Shown: positions 25,080 to 36,699 of the stretch, in pieces | Layout of the letters: every line of letters starts with the position of its first letter | Numbering within the stretch: position 1 is the first letter of the stretch | NCBI GenBank assembly: GCA_008632985.1 | Contig: QPGO01000025.1 | Location: forward strand, 496,001 to 560,000 | DNA length: 64,000 nucleotides | Direction of reading: 5' to 3' | DNA from: Psammoneis japonica | Lineage: Eukaryota | Translations under genes and position numbers: made by a program | Notes under the pieces: generated by a model | The model's input: only the letters and a program-made list of their open reading frames with translations | Database searches by the model: none | Told to the model about the DNA's origin: nothing

Positions 25080-25560
25080 TGCCAAGACCACCCAAGACCA
25101 CATCAAGATGCATGGACAAAAAACCTCCCACTCATCTCAAGAACTTTGATGATTGAAGAGTTGTGTGTTTTCTTGACTGTCGTCTTCATGCCCCTTTGCA
25201 GCAAAGGATCTTGAAAAGGAGTTTCTCACTTGCCTTCTCACAGCCACTGGAGATGAGGCTTTTGTGATGAGCACGAGATTGACGATGTTGGTCTTTCTCA
25301 GCTCTTCATGAAATTGTGAAAATCACAGAAATGTTTTGCAAAATGACCAAGGAGGTCAAGCTCAACCATGTGAGGAACTTCAAGGGCTTTCCATGATCTG
25401 TTTTGTTTGTGATGGCTCTGGACACATGCAACATGAGTGCTCCAGTTGACGTCAAGTCATCCAAGGAGAAGCCAGCTGCATTGCGTGGCCCCTCTGAACC
25501 CCCAATGAACTTGTTTTCTGCAGTGTGGTGCGGGGGTGTTGCAGGCACGCATCATCACCT
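25080..25560 (+). mobile_element. Degraded gag-like fragment with CCHC zinc knuckle
   Basis: 25399-25440 reads CFVCDGSGHMQHEC (CX2CX4HX4C) in TpA/CpG-poor sequence. Confidence 0.5.
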
Positions 25561-25786
25561 TTTGGAGTGACGTGCAGACGATGCCACGTCTTCATGATGG
25601 ATCGATCAGCACAACCGACTATGCCTGATTTCACACCTAGCTCGCAGAAAGATTCCAAAGAGAGCTTTTGATGTGGTAGGTAGCTTTCGACTTGCCATTG
25701 TAGATTGTAGAGGTACGCGGTATGTATGTGGCATTGGCCACGGATTGGCATCATTACTCATCAATGCATGTACTGTAAGCAACAAC

Positions 25787-26772
25787 ATGTCAGAGCAAAA
25801 CAAGGAACAAAAGCAAAATGAAGAAAATGGTACTGGAGACTTCTGCAAAGCATGCGGCATCTATGTGATGAAGCCAAAGGTTTGCTCTTCGTGTCGGATC
25901 GCCAAGTACTGCTCCAAGGAGTGTCAGCTGGAGTGTTGGAAGGAAAAGGGCCATTCCTTCTTGTGCTCGTTGCAAGTCCATATTCAGAACTGCAAAGGTG
26001 CAGGGTTTGGAGTAGTTGCATTGAAAGATATTGCCGTGGGAGAAGAAGTACTCTGCGAAAAACCTCTCGTGAGGTTTGACGAGGGCGAAGATTTGAATGA
26101 AAAGCTTACCGCCAAAAAGAGACGACTGCTGTGGCAGATGCATGATGCATTCAACTACGACGGGAAGAAGTCCATCGGAGGTATTGCTCGTACCAATGGG
26201 CTACCCACAAGCGAGAGTCAAGGATTGTTTCTTTTGGCATTAATCATGCATGCAATGGGGCTCAGAATGCTCGGTACATTTGGAGGGCGGATCTAAACAA
26301 AATGATGGTCCGCGCGATTCGTCCCATTCGAAAAGGACAGGAAGTGACCGTATGCTACATTGATCCGTTCCTACCCAAGTCTGAACGACAGAAAAAGCTG
26401 TCGGACGGCTTTCATTTTGTGTGCGCCTGCTCCGAGTGTACCACCAACTGGACCGAGCTTAGAGACAAAAAGCTGGATACAATTCGACAGACGATTCAAG
26501 ACGTTGTTCCCATTGCTCAGTTCCAGCCTCGGAGAGCCTTGCATCTTTGCGAGCAGCTTTTGAAAATTTTGGAAATCGAGAACTTGAATACACCCATGGA
26601 CCGCGGTACCATACACTTTGATGCATTTCAGATTGCCGCCAGGGCCAGTGACCGTGCCAAAATGAGCTTTCACATCAAAAAAGCTCACGAGGCCTGGCTT
26701 CAGACGGATGGTGAAGGATCCGAGAGTGAATTGCAAGGGAGAATCTTGATAGAGAAGTGGTGCAGTGACTAG
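25787..26772 (+). pseudogene. MYND zinc finger + SET domain (SMYD-like) gene with a 7-nt deletion in the RINH motif
   Basis: CKAC..CSSCRIAKYCSKECQLECWK..H..C (MYND); GAGFGVVALKDI, NHAC, VRAIRPIRKGQEVTVCYI, FVCACSEC (SET/post-SET). Frame changes near 26240. Confidence 0.85.
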
Positions 26773-26844
26773 TCGAGCGACGAGTCGTTGTCAGGTGGCG
26801 TGAGATAGATAAGATGCCGTTTCCAAAAAGATAGATTCACGTTC

Positions 26845-27170
26845 AAAGCCTATGGTGTATATACTACATCGTTTTCATTATGACACATCTTCCTTACGAA
26901 GTGGGCAACAATGGATGCATCACGTTCCAACACAGGTGGTGTTCAACCGAGAGTCACTCCATGACGAAAAACACTCCAAATCCATCTCGTGGGGAAATGA
27001 TCATGTACGAAAGCGCGTGGACTCTAAAACAAAAAGACTTTCTGATTCCCTTTGTTGAAAGAATCTTCATTGTAGCAGGTGGGACAAAGCCGTCGGCAAT
27101 GAAAATGCGCCCAGCCTCAATCTTGGATAGAACTTTTATGATGTTTGACTCAATGACAAGAAAGCCAAAG
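26845..27170. repeat. Module copy 2: spacer and SNF2 3'-end relic (not TpA-depleted)
   Basis: Aligns with 33766-34105, e.g. gcaggtgggacaaagccgtcggcaatg occurs in both. Confidence 0.85.
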
Positions 27171-27229
27171 GGTTTTCTTGCTTCAACAAGAAAGCCTCCG
27201 TTCCACTCCCCCCTTTTACACCCTACTAC

Positions 27230-27630
27230 AGAGCAGTGTTTTCATTGTGACACATCTTTGTTGCAAAGTGCATGACAATGGATGCACCACATTCCAGTGC
27301 AGATGGCAATCAATCGTCAAGAGTTGTTTCTGATGAAAAACACTCCAAACCCATCTTGTGGGAGAGCACAGTCCCACCCTGGTGAACTGGATTGAGCAAA
27401 TTCTCTCTTTCAAAAGAATGCGACAAGCTCTTTTGTCCAAAACAAAGATTTTCTGGTTTTCTTTGGTCAAAAGAATGTCACTGCAGTGGGTGGGACAAAG
27501 CTGTTGACAATGGAAGTGCACCCAGCCTCAATTTTGGAACACAGTTTGTCAGTGTTGACTCAACAGAATTGTTGCTTGGCCACAGACTTCCTCTTTGCAC
27601 ACAAGGCAGCTTTCTCATTTTTCCAGGTGG
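27230..27630. repeat. Module copy 3: spacer and SNF2 3'-end relic (TpA- and CpG-depleted)
   Basis: acaatggatgcacc..., caaaacaaagattttctg and gtgggacaaagctgttgacaatggaagtgcacccagcctcaat match copies 1, 2 and 4. Confidence 0.8.
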
Positions 27631-30210
27631 TGGGGGTGCAACATGTCACCTGGACTTCTGTGTGCAGTGGACAGTTGCAGCCAACACCACAGTTGATGTG
27701 ACCAAATGAAAAATGAGTGCGTGTCAACAAGCAAAATGCATGTTTCCAGTTTCTATGATGACTGGCTGGGCTTTGCTGTCAGAGGCTGGGGCTTTGCCAA
27801 AAAGACTGAGTGCCAAAACAATGGCATGCCATTGAAAAAAATGTTGTGCTGTGATCTCTAAAAAGCAGTTGAAACCAATGCAAATCCAGCTGTGTCAATG
27901 GAAGACCCAAAGTGGACCTTTCTTGTGTGGCAACACTTCACAAAGAAAGGCTTTGGTGGGAGCCCTTGGCTCAAAGAGAAGAAAATTTGGCTGTGTGTCA
28001 TTTGCAGCCATTGTGGAACCCAACTGCTGCATTGTGTGCCACCCAAATGTTGCCCCCTTGCGTCATTGCCCTTGCATGCCAAATGAAGGAAGAGAACACA
28101 TTTGGGTGCCACATGTGTGTCTTGGCATTTGGACTCTGTCTCAAGAAACCATGTTAAAAAAACTGGGTGAGAGACTGTGCTCTCACCTGCTGAAAGCAAA
28201 GTGGCATCTCTGCACATGACCATGCAAGCCCAAAGAGTCGCAATGTTGGACAATTCAGTGATGGTCTTGCTGTTGCTGTCTCCATGTGTGGGTGCATTCG
28301 CCACTGATGACAGCTTCCTCTTTGCAAAGCTGGTGGCAATTTTGTGTCCCAAAGGAGTGCCAAAAGTGCAAAAACATGAGAGAGTTTTTGACCATGCCTG
28401 CAGAGTTAGAGGGGCTTCTGTGGAAATTGACAAGCAGCAGCTCAAATCTCTTGCAATTGCTGTCACACTGCAGTGGCCATTTGGCACAAAATGAGTCATC
28501 TTGGTGAGCAAGAATGTGGCTGCTGCTTGCCCATGAAAAATTGATTTTAGCACAGCGGCGCTGAACAATGCTGTGTTGATGGCTGCCAACAACCCCCCCC
28601 CTTCTTGGCAAGCGAGTGCCATGCCAAAGACACATGGAAAATAGAAACAGCTCTTGCTGGCTCCTTTCACATCATTTGCAGCAGACCCCACACTCTGGGG
28701 GCTCAAAAGACCAAAAGTCAATCCAAACAAACTGCAAAGAAAGAAAGCCACCCTGGGCATGCAAACCATGCAAGAGGCTTTTGGGAAATTTTGATTTTGT
28801 TTGGTCCTTTTGGTTTCTCAATCCCACACCACACAAAATCTGCTCCTGCTCTTTTGCCCATCATTTTGGCAAATGTGTGTTTCTTCTCAATTGTGGTGCA
28901 AGCAACAACAAGGAGAGATGGGAGCTCTTCTCTCCCAGGTCACATCGTTTGATCTTTCGAACAATGGCAGGTGCTTTTGCACCATCACATTGCCTGTGGT
29001 GCCCAAGTGTCTTTCATGGTTTGACTGCAGGTCGTGCTTGTTGGACATGCACATGCAACAAAAACCAGAGAGTGACCCCCAACCCTGTCACACACCTCAT
29101 TTTTCACCACCCCAAGGTGGTGCAGAGCTCATGTTGTGCACTGACCAACCATTGACTCTCAAGACAACACTGGGATTTGCCAACAGGTTCTCTCATGCTT
29201 TGCTTTCAATGGTCATTTTGTGTTGTTCCTGACTCTGTGTTGTTTCTTTGTGTTGCATCAAAGCAAGCTCATCTGCTGAGTTGCGCGCACATGGGGCATT
29301 TTGCTCTTGATGTGCGACTGATGGCAAACATGACTTGCCACACATTGAGACCATTTCCTGTGGATCAAACCCCTCTCCACTTCATTCAGTCCCTTGTCAG
29401 TGTTGAGAAACTTGACAATGTCCAATGGCCACCACGAAGTGGTGGCACTGAGCATCTCCCAGCTGTCCACTTTGTCCTCCTCCACACTCCATCATTGCTT
29501 GGGATGTTTTTGTCCTGTGTCCATTTTCATGATTTGTTGCTGAAAGTTGCAAGCCAGGAGTGGGCAGAGCATTTGCGTTGGCATCTGCAGAGCAATGAGC
29601 ATCATGGTGCAACAGTGATGCTGCAAATCTTGCCCAACATTGTGTTGCAATGCTTGTTGGTCAGCTTGCCACAGATGGTGATGCTTGCTTGTGCTGTGGC
29701 AAGAGTGCAACATCAGTCAAAGACTGCAACTGCTGGCTTTGCCCGCAACAACAAGAGGTTGTTCTGACAATGAATTGGAACACAACAACAAAAAAAGCTC
29801 ACTGCAGCAAAATTGCTCTATCTGGGCACCCTTTAGAGAACCACACAGTTGGAGCACAGTGCATGCTCTCGCATCATCCCCATTGCCGTCATGTCGTCGA
29901 CCAGCAGCGTTAAATCTGCCATCTGACCATTCTCAGCATTTCCCACTCGCACTTCAGACCAAGATCATGTCATTCTTACATCGGCAGCGACCTGGCTGAT
30001 GTGACACCGGTACAATTCAATAAAAAATACAAACCTGTTCCGCCAATAGTCAAAGGATAAATGATACGGTACGCCATACGAATGCTGCTACACTACTAAA
30101 GCATGATTCTATGCCGACCCACATGAAGGAAGATTGCAATGGCTGCTAAAACACTGGAGTGATCAAGTTTCCTGTAGAGTAAATCAGTCCAAGACAGACA
30201 CACCCAATTA

Positions 30211-32174
30211 TTACGGCCTGCATGTTTTATTTTTTCCAGATCCCCTGCATTTGTTGCTGCAGCATTGGCGGCGCCTGCGGCAAGAGGCGCCATCTGGCAA
30301 AAGCGAACAGGTGGGCTCAGTCGTAATCGTGCACGTCAGCGTGAGATCGGAGAATGCCAAATAAGCCTTGACAGCCAAAAAGAGTTCAGCGTCACTGGGA
30401 ACAGGACCTGTGGAGCACTGTTCATTCGAGTCGTTGCCGATCGAAGCGCACTCGTTCACGCTGGTCGATGGGATTTCTGGTAGGTTACCGAAACGCGTGT
30501 ATAGGTCCGCGTCACCATTTCCTCCAGCAGTGCTGCAGGTAACCACATCTCCCGCGGACACGCTGAGCTTGAAGTACAGAATCGAATCCTTGTTTAACGA
30601 CAGACCCGTCACTGGGACACCGTCTGTCAAGGTAGTTGGCTCTTGCGGAGGTTCCGGAGGGTCCACTCCGACAGCCGCCCAAGCGTCACCAACATTGGTT
30701 TCATAACCGGACGGACTGGCCATTTGGATGGTACATTCCCGGGCGTGCTGGAAATCCGAGGAAGGGGTCATGCAATTCACGTTGGCTTGATAGAAGATTT
30801 CTGCCGCAGCTTCGAAATCAATGCCCTGGACATTCACACTGGTCTTTCCTTGCGGGTGTGTGCCACCAGTGACAAGGAGCTTGAAAGCAAGGTTGGCAAT
30901 GCCAGAGTTCCAGTGGACACCACCGTTGTCGCTAGAGCCAGTGTATCGAGTAGGGTAGTAGTCGTAGTCGCCCGCTGATGCAGGATCTGCCATATCGCGT
31001 AAACCATCACCCGGCGTGTTGGGTGTGTAAATGTCTTCACCAATGAGCCAAATGTCATCACCAGTGGCTCCATTGAATCGATCCACCATGGCACCAAAGA
31101 TATCTGACATTGCCTCGTTGAGTGCGCCCGACTCATAGCTGTAAATCAGGTTTGATTCACGCTCGGTGATGCCGTGAGTCAGCTCGTGGGCCACAACATC
31201 AGCATCACGGCTAAGTTCGATGAAAGTGCTCCCATCACCATCTCCGTAGGTCATCTGGCTGCCGTCCCAGAAGGCGTTGTTGTAGTTAGTGCCGTAGTGG
31301 ACCCTCGAAACAAGCGTCATGCCGTTGTCGTCGATCGAGTCACGGTCGTGTTTCTGGAAGAAGTAATTATACGTGTCGATCGCGTAGTTGTGGGCTGCCT
31401 CGAGCGCTAAGTCACCAGTACCGCTGATCTTGCTGTTGGGATTGGAGTAGATGGAGATGGGGCAATTGCTTGTGGATTGATTGCAATCGCGCGTTTCCAT
31501 AGAAAGAGCATGCCTGAAGAGAGGAAAGCGAGCTACGAGGTTGCCCGTCTGCGAGTCGGCAAAGATCTCGTCGCGATGCGGACGAACCACTCCTTTGAAC
31601 TCAGCCTTGTAGTCGACAACAACCTTCCAGGCGAGGTATCCATAGCCATCTTCACCGCGTACGACGACGAGTTCGGGTTCGGTGAACCAAGAGTCGATCG
31701 CCTGGCCAAATTGACCAATGGCGGTGTCGAGGGCCTCCTGCGCATCCAAGATCGGCTCTGTAGGAACATCGCCCTTGATGAACTCGCCGTTGATGGCGAA
31801 AATGGTGCCGTCTGGCTGTGCGTGCAACATGAGGGAGGCGCCCGCCACAGTCATGCCGTTGACTTCTTCCGTGAAGCGGATGTGGATCCCATCCTTCTTG
31901 TCTTTGCCGATCTTCTTGACAGTAACTTCCTCGTTGCCAATAGCCTTGAAATGAGCCTTGAGGACGTCCTTGAGGATCTTCTTGGCGGATTCTTCATAGC
32001 GTTTTCGTCGGCCTTGTTGAGCAGGCCAAAGTTACCCTTGACGACGGAAGGGCCTTTCAGCTTCTTGTTCTTATCCGGCACAAGCACTCGGGGCTGGGGG
32101 TCTCCTAATCGCTGTCCAAAAGAGCCGAATGGGGCCAAGAGGCCCATGGTCAAGGCGAGTGTTGCGAAGCGCAT
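30211..32174 (-). CDS. Secreted M4 (thermolysin-like) zinc metalloprotease with propeptide, PPC domain and Cys-rich tail; apparent 1-nt frameshift near 32003
   Basis: Signal peptide MRFATLALTMG; NAFWDG, VVAHELTHG, GALNEAMSD, DNGGVHWNSG; GNGDADLY (PPC). Confidence 0.92.
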
Positions 32175-33139
32175 CGTTACTCTCTGTTGAATGTTGAGCG
32201 TTGATGGTTGATGTTTTGTGCATTTATTGTGATTGATGACCGCAAAAGATACTTCCGAGGGAAAGATTTCCTTCCCTCGTAGCTCTACGTACATACCGGT
32301 ACACTTGTATTGGCAAGATGTCGTTATTTATGCCTGATGTCCAAAATGAGAACCGTGCGTGAGTGAAACACGTTATTTGCATCTCTGTACATAAATATGT
32401 ATTAAATGAAAATTCGAAAAGTTACTATCGTCAAAGTGGTGTAATGGCATAAGTCTTCTTTGGAAGAACACCGGCGGAGTCTAAATAATTTGATCGTGGA
32501 ACATTTAAAAACATTTAAAGGAGACTTTTAAAAAAAAATAGAGTGAATATGAATTATTAGAACGTACGTGTATTGTACTAATGCATCAAAAGGTCAATGT
32601 TTTTTGCAGTCACTTTTTGAAATTCAAAATAGAAGTACCAAAACCCAAAACATGACACACAGTACATTCATAAAGCACTGAACGGGGATGATCGGGGCCG
32701 GCCCTGTATTGTTTTTCTCACCAGTTTCGAAGTTGAAGTGTGTTGGCCAGTGAACAAATGCAACCTGCTCTCGAAGACCAGTGTTGCAGTGCAGCAGCAC
32801 TGCGACCATCTGCTGTGTGCTCCGTGTTGCTCATCTGATTGAATGAAATGGTGCACACGAGGCTTTCAAGATGAACATGAGTGGCTCCGAGTGCTTCTTG
32901 CTTGGCAGCCCATCTGAGAAACATTGCCAAATTTGGAAGTGCGCAAAGAAGTGACGAGAGCATGTCGGCTGCGTTTTGTTGATGTTGTGGATTCCGCAAT
33001 GCTGCGGACGTCCGCAACGTTGTGGGTTGTGGATGTCATGGAAACCTTCCTTTGAGGATGAGGTTTCTCAAACATTGCAAGAAGCAACTGCAAGATGATG
33101 TTAACTTTGGCCGCACAGCACAGCTTGCAAAGTCTCCGA

Positions 33140-33715
33140 CCATGGCGAAGATTTGAATGGAAAAGTCGCTGCCCAAAAGAGACCGCTGCTGTGACAGATG
33201 CATGACGCTTTCAGCTACGATGGGAAGAATGCCATCAGAGGCATCGCTCGTGCCAATGGGATGCCCACAAGCGACAGTCAAGGATTGTTTCTTTTGGCAT
33301 TCCGCATCAATCATGCTTGCAATGGGGGTCAGAATTCAGAGTGCTCGGTGCATTTGGAGAGCGGACGCCATTCGAAAAGGACATGAAGTGGCAGCATGGT
33401 ACATTGAAGAACATTGATCCGTTCCTGCCCAAGTGTGAACGACAGAGAAAGCTGTCGGATGTCTTTGACTTTGTGCGCGCATGCTCCAAGTGTGCCAGCA
33501 ACTGGAGCGAGCTTCGAGACAGAAAGCTGGGTGCGATTCGACAGACGATTCCAGACGTTGTTCCCATTGCTCAGTTCCAACCTCGGAGAGCCTTAGATCT
33601 TTGCGAGCAGCTTGGAAAATTTTGGAAATCGAAAACTTGAATGCTCCCATGGACCGTTGCACCACACACGTTGGTGCGTTTCAGATTGCCGCCTGGGCCA
33701 GTGACCGTGCAGTGA
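33140..33715 (+). pseudogene. Module copy 4: hypermutated SET-domain gene fragment
   Basis: Colinear with 26080-26660; retains FRINHAC; has indels and TA->TG/CA changes. Confidence 0.9.
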
Positions 33716-33978
33716 GTCTTTGTCAGGTGACGTGAGATGGATACGATGCCGCTTAAATTCAGATTCAAAGCCCAGGGTGTTTTCACTGCATCATTTTCAC
33801 CATGTGACTCATCTTCACTGCCGTGCGAACCGGGTGACAACGGATGCATCACGTTCCAACACAGGTTGCGATCAAGTGTCGCTCCTCACAAAAAAAGATT
33901 CCAGATCTGTCTCATGGGAGAGCAATCTTGTACGAAAGCGCGTGGACTCTGACGCAAGAACAATTGACGAGTTCTTAT

Positions 33979-36404
33979 CTAAAGCAAAGACGTTCGGATT
34001 CCCTTTGAAAGAATCCTCACTGCAGCAGGTGGGACAAAGCCGTCGGCAATGGAAATGCGTCCAGCTTCAATCTCGGAGTGCAGTTTGACAATGTTTGACT
34101 CAATGGAATTGTTGAACACAAACCTCTTCACTTGCACCGCTTTCGTTTGTCCAAGGCGGTGGATGCGACCTGCCGCCTGGACTTCCGCAGCAGGATCGAT
34201 GCACAGCTCGAGAAGATGCACAATCGATGCTGCAGTCAACGTGACTAAATGGCAGAACAAATGTGTGAGGTCGAGAAGGCAGAAGACAATTCTCGAGTGA
34301 AGACACCACTGCTTGCTTCCAATGTTGCCAGCCTTCAGCGTAATGACAAAGACTGCTGGTGTGGGATCACTTTCATTTTGGAACTTCCGGATGGCCTCAT
34401 CTCGGGCAGGACCACTTGTTGATCTGGTGAACTGGCACAACCAGTCCTTGGTTCTTGAGTGCTTCGATCACTGCCAAGTGCTGACGAGTGTGCTGCGTAA
34501 AAACAACAGCACGGAGCTTGGGTTGAGAACGGCGCATGAGCTGCAGATCATCCAGAAGAGCCTTGGTCTTGGTGACGGCGTGGTCAGCGAACGTCATGCG
34601 AAACAGAAAGCACTGCTCAAGAGCAAACATTTTGGCTCCTTCTTGTTCGTGATGACGAATGACCTCGCGGGCTTGCTGGCTTTTCCAAACATCTCTCTCT
34701 CGACCGGTGACATGTCGACGTGTGAGGTGGTCAAGGTGGACGCAGGGAGAACCAAAGCTTCCGATTCTCGGATGCGTTGCTTTTTCGTGTGACGAATCAT
34801 GACACGCTTTAACTGTTCAAGAAGGGCATCGAAACTCTCCTTCTTCTTATGAGGCAAGGCTGATTCAAAATTCCGAATCAACCTTGAAGGCACCGCATCG
34901 TAGTTTTCTGAAAAGCAGAGCTGAGAGTCAAGCTCACAAATGGACGAAGTGAACGGAGTCGCTGTCACACACCACCCAGTCTCTGAACGAATCAATCCTG
35001 CCTCATGCCGCTTTGCTGACGAACCGTTTGTTGCAAACAGATGACTCTCGTCGGCAACAACCCGGTGGAACTCAAAGTTGTCGATGATGCTTGGTTTCCA
35101 TGTGAAGGTGGAAGTGGAAATGATGACATCTAAATCCACTGGCTGGCGTGGATCGAATTTTCTCTGGTTTCCGTGGTGCCTTGCAACGCGGAGATTTGGA
35201 GCATGCTTCTTGCATTCGTCGAGCCACTGGCCAACCAATGAAACGGATGTTAACACCACTGCAGTCTTGACTGGAACCCTCTCCCACGTCCTGACTGTTT
35301 CCTTCCATTCCCTCCATTTCTTTCTGTCAAAGTCTGGGTCTCCGCCATCACGAAAGTGGCTTGGTCGAGAGAGCTCCTTGGACCTGTGGTCAAGTCGATG
35401 AGGCAGCTTCTCCCAGTCTCGCAGTTTCTCTCCAATCAGGGACAAAGTCGGCAGTCTTTTCGGTGCCATGGGATTGGAGGCAACAAGAGCAAGAACAACG
35501 GCAGACTTGCCCATTCCAACCTCATCGCACAGGAAGCCCCCCTTGGTCTTGCCACCAGCAGAAATCTCACAGATCTTCCACGTCTGGCATGAATGCCAGG
35601 CTCTGACGTTGGCAGTGGCGAAGGCTCGTGGAAAAGAGGTTTGCAGGAGGAACCTTTTCGACAGGGTGCACCTGAGTCGCGGCGTCCAGCAACTTCCGAA
35701 TCGAGAACTCATCTCTGGCGGTGCGGTTGTTGCGGTTGTTGAATGACCAAGGGTTGAGGGTCCTGGCAATGGCAGCCTCAGCTTGCAGTGGAGGTCCACG
35801 ATCATTTCTGCACATTTCTTCATGCTTGCGTCTCCACTGATCATCGCTGCACTTGGCATGGCAGTGCTCCTTCCACGAGGTGCAAGCAGAGGCCAAAATG
35901 TCACACACGCAGCAAAAACAGTTTGCGCAGTGCTTTGAGGGATCGACGTTGTGAGGGTGGACAACGCAGTTCTCACGGGAGTGGGGAAAGTCAATGAGAG
36001 CAAAATGACCTGTCGTTCCAACCACAGTCACCTCTTCATCGTCCTTCTTCTCCTCGTCATCAGCAGAAAACAACTGGGCCGTGGCAGACTTGACTCAAGA
36101 AGCAGAGACCTCATGAACATCGTCGTTGTTGTTGTCAGACGAAACTTCTTCTGCGTCTTCTTCGCTCGTCGAAGCACTTGTGGTCGAACAACAGAGGATT
36201 GGCACTCGCCACTGCTTGTTCTCCGGGTGTCGTGACTGGAAGCATCACCTTCTCGCCATCGGGACAACCCACCGATGCGCCACCAAGTGTGTTCTCGGTC
36301 TTGACTCGCTTTGAAGTTACTTTCGGTGTCGCTGCGGCGGCTGGCCTCTTTCCGCCCGCGTCATCATCATCTGAAGACACCAGATCAATCACGTTCGTCG
36401 ACAT
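33979..36404 (-). pseudogene. SNF2-family (Rad5/Rad16-like) helicase pseudogene with N-terminal Cys/His domain; intron relic 34245-34316
   Basis: DFPHSRENC..CANCFCCVCD..HCHA, GGFLCDEVGMGKS, SLVGQWLDECKKHAP, VVADESH, WCVTATP, MIRHTK, EVQAAGRIHRLGQTK, split over several frames. Confidence 0.88.
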
Positions 36405-36699
36405 GCTGTGTGGATGAGGCTATGAGATTTCAAGTGCAGTGAGCATTCAACGACAAGAAGCAACGAAACGACTCAGCCGTCAGCCTCATCGACATTGCAC
36501 TTGCACATTGTGAACTGCCGACTGCCGAGACGCGCCGCCGCCTGCTCTGTGCGAAAGACGCGCGAAAGATTTGCCCATCTTTTTTTGGCGCGCACCCCCC
36601 CTCCCTTCGTTGTTTCTAGAATGGCCCATTTGGACAAAGAGACCTGTTTCGCAAAGCCAGAAAAGAACACTGAAGGCTCACATTTTCCGGTCCAGCCAG

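Noticed and set aside
29270..29370. RING finger relic (KCPMC on the minus strand)
   Set aside because: Cys is inflated by the mutation bias and the full RING spacing could not be recovered.
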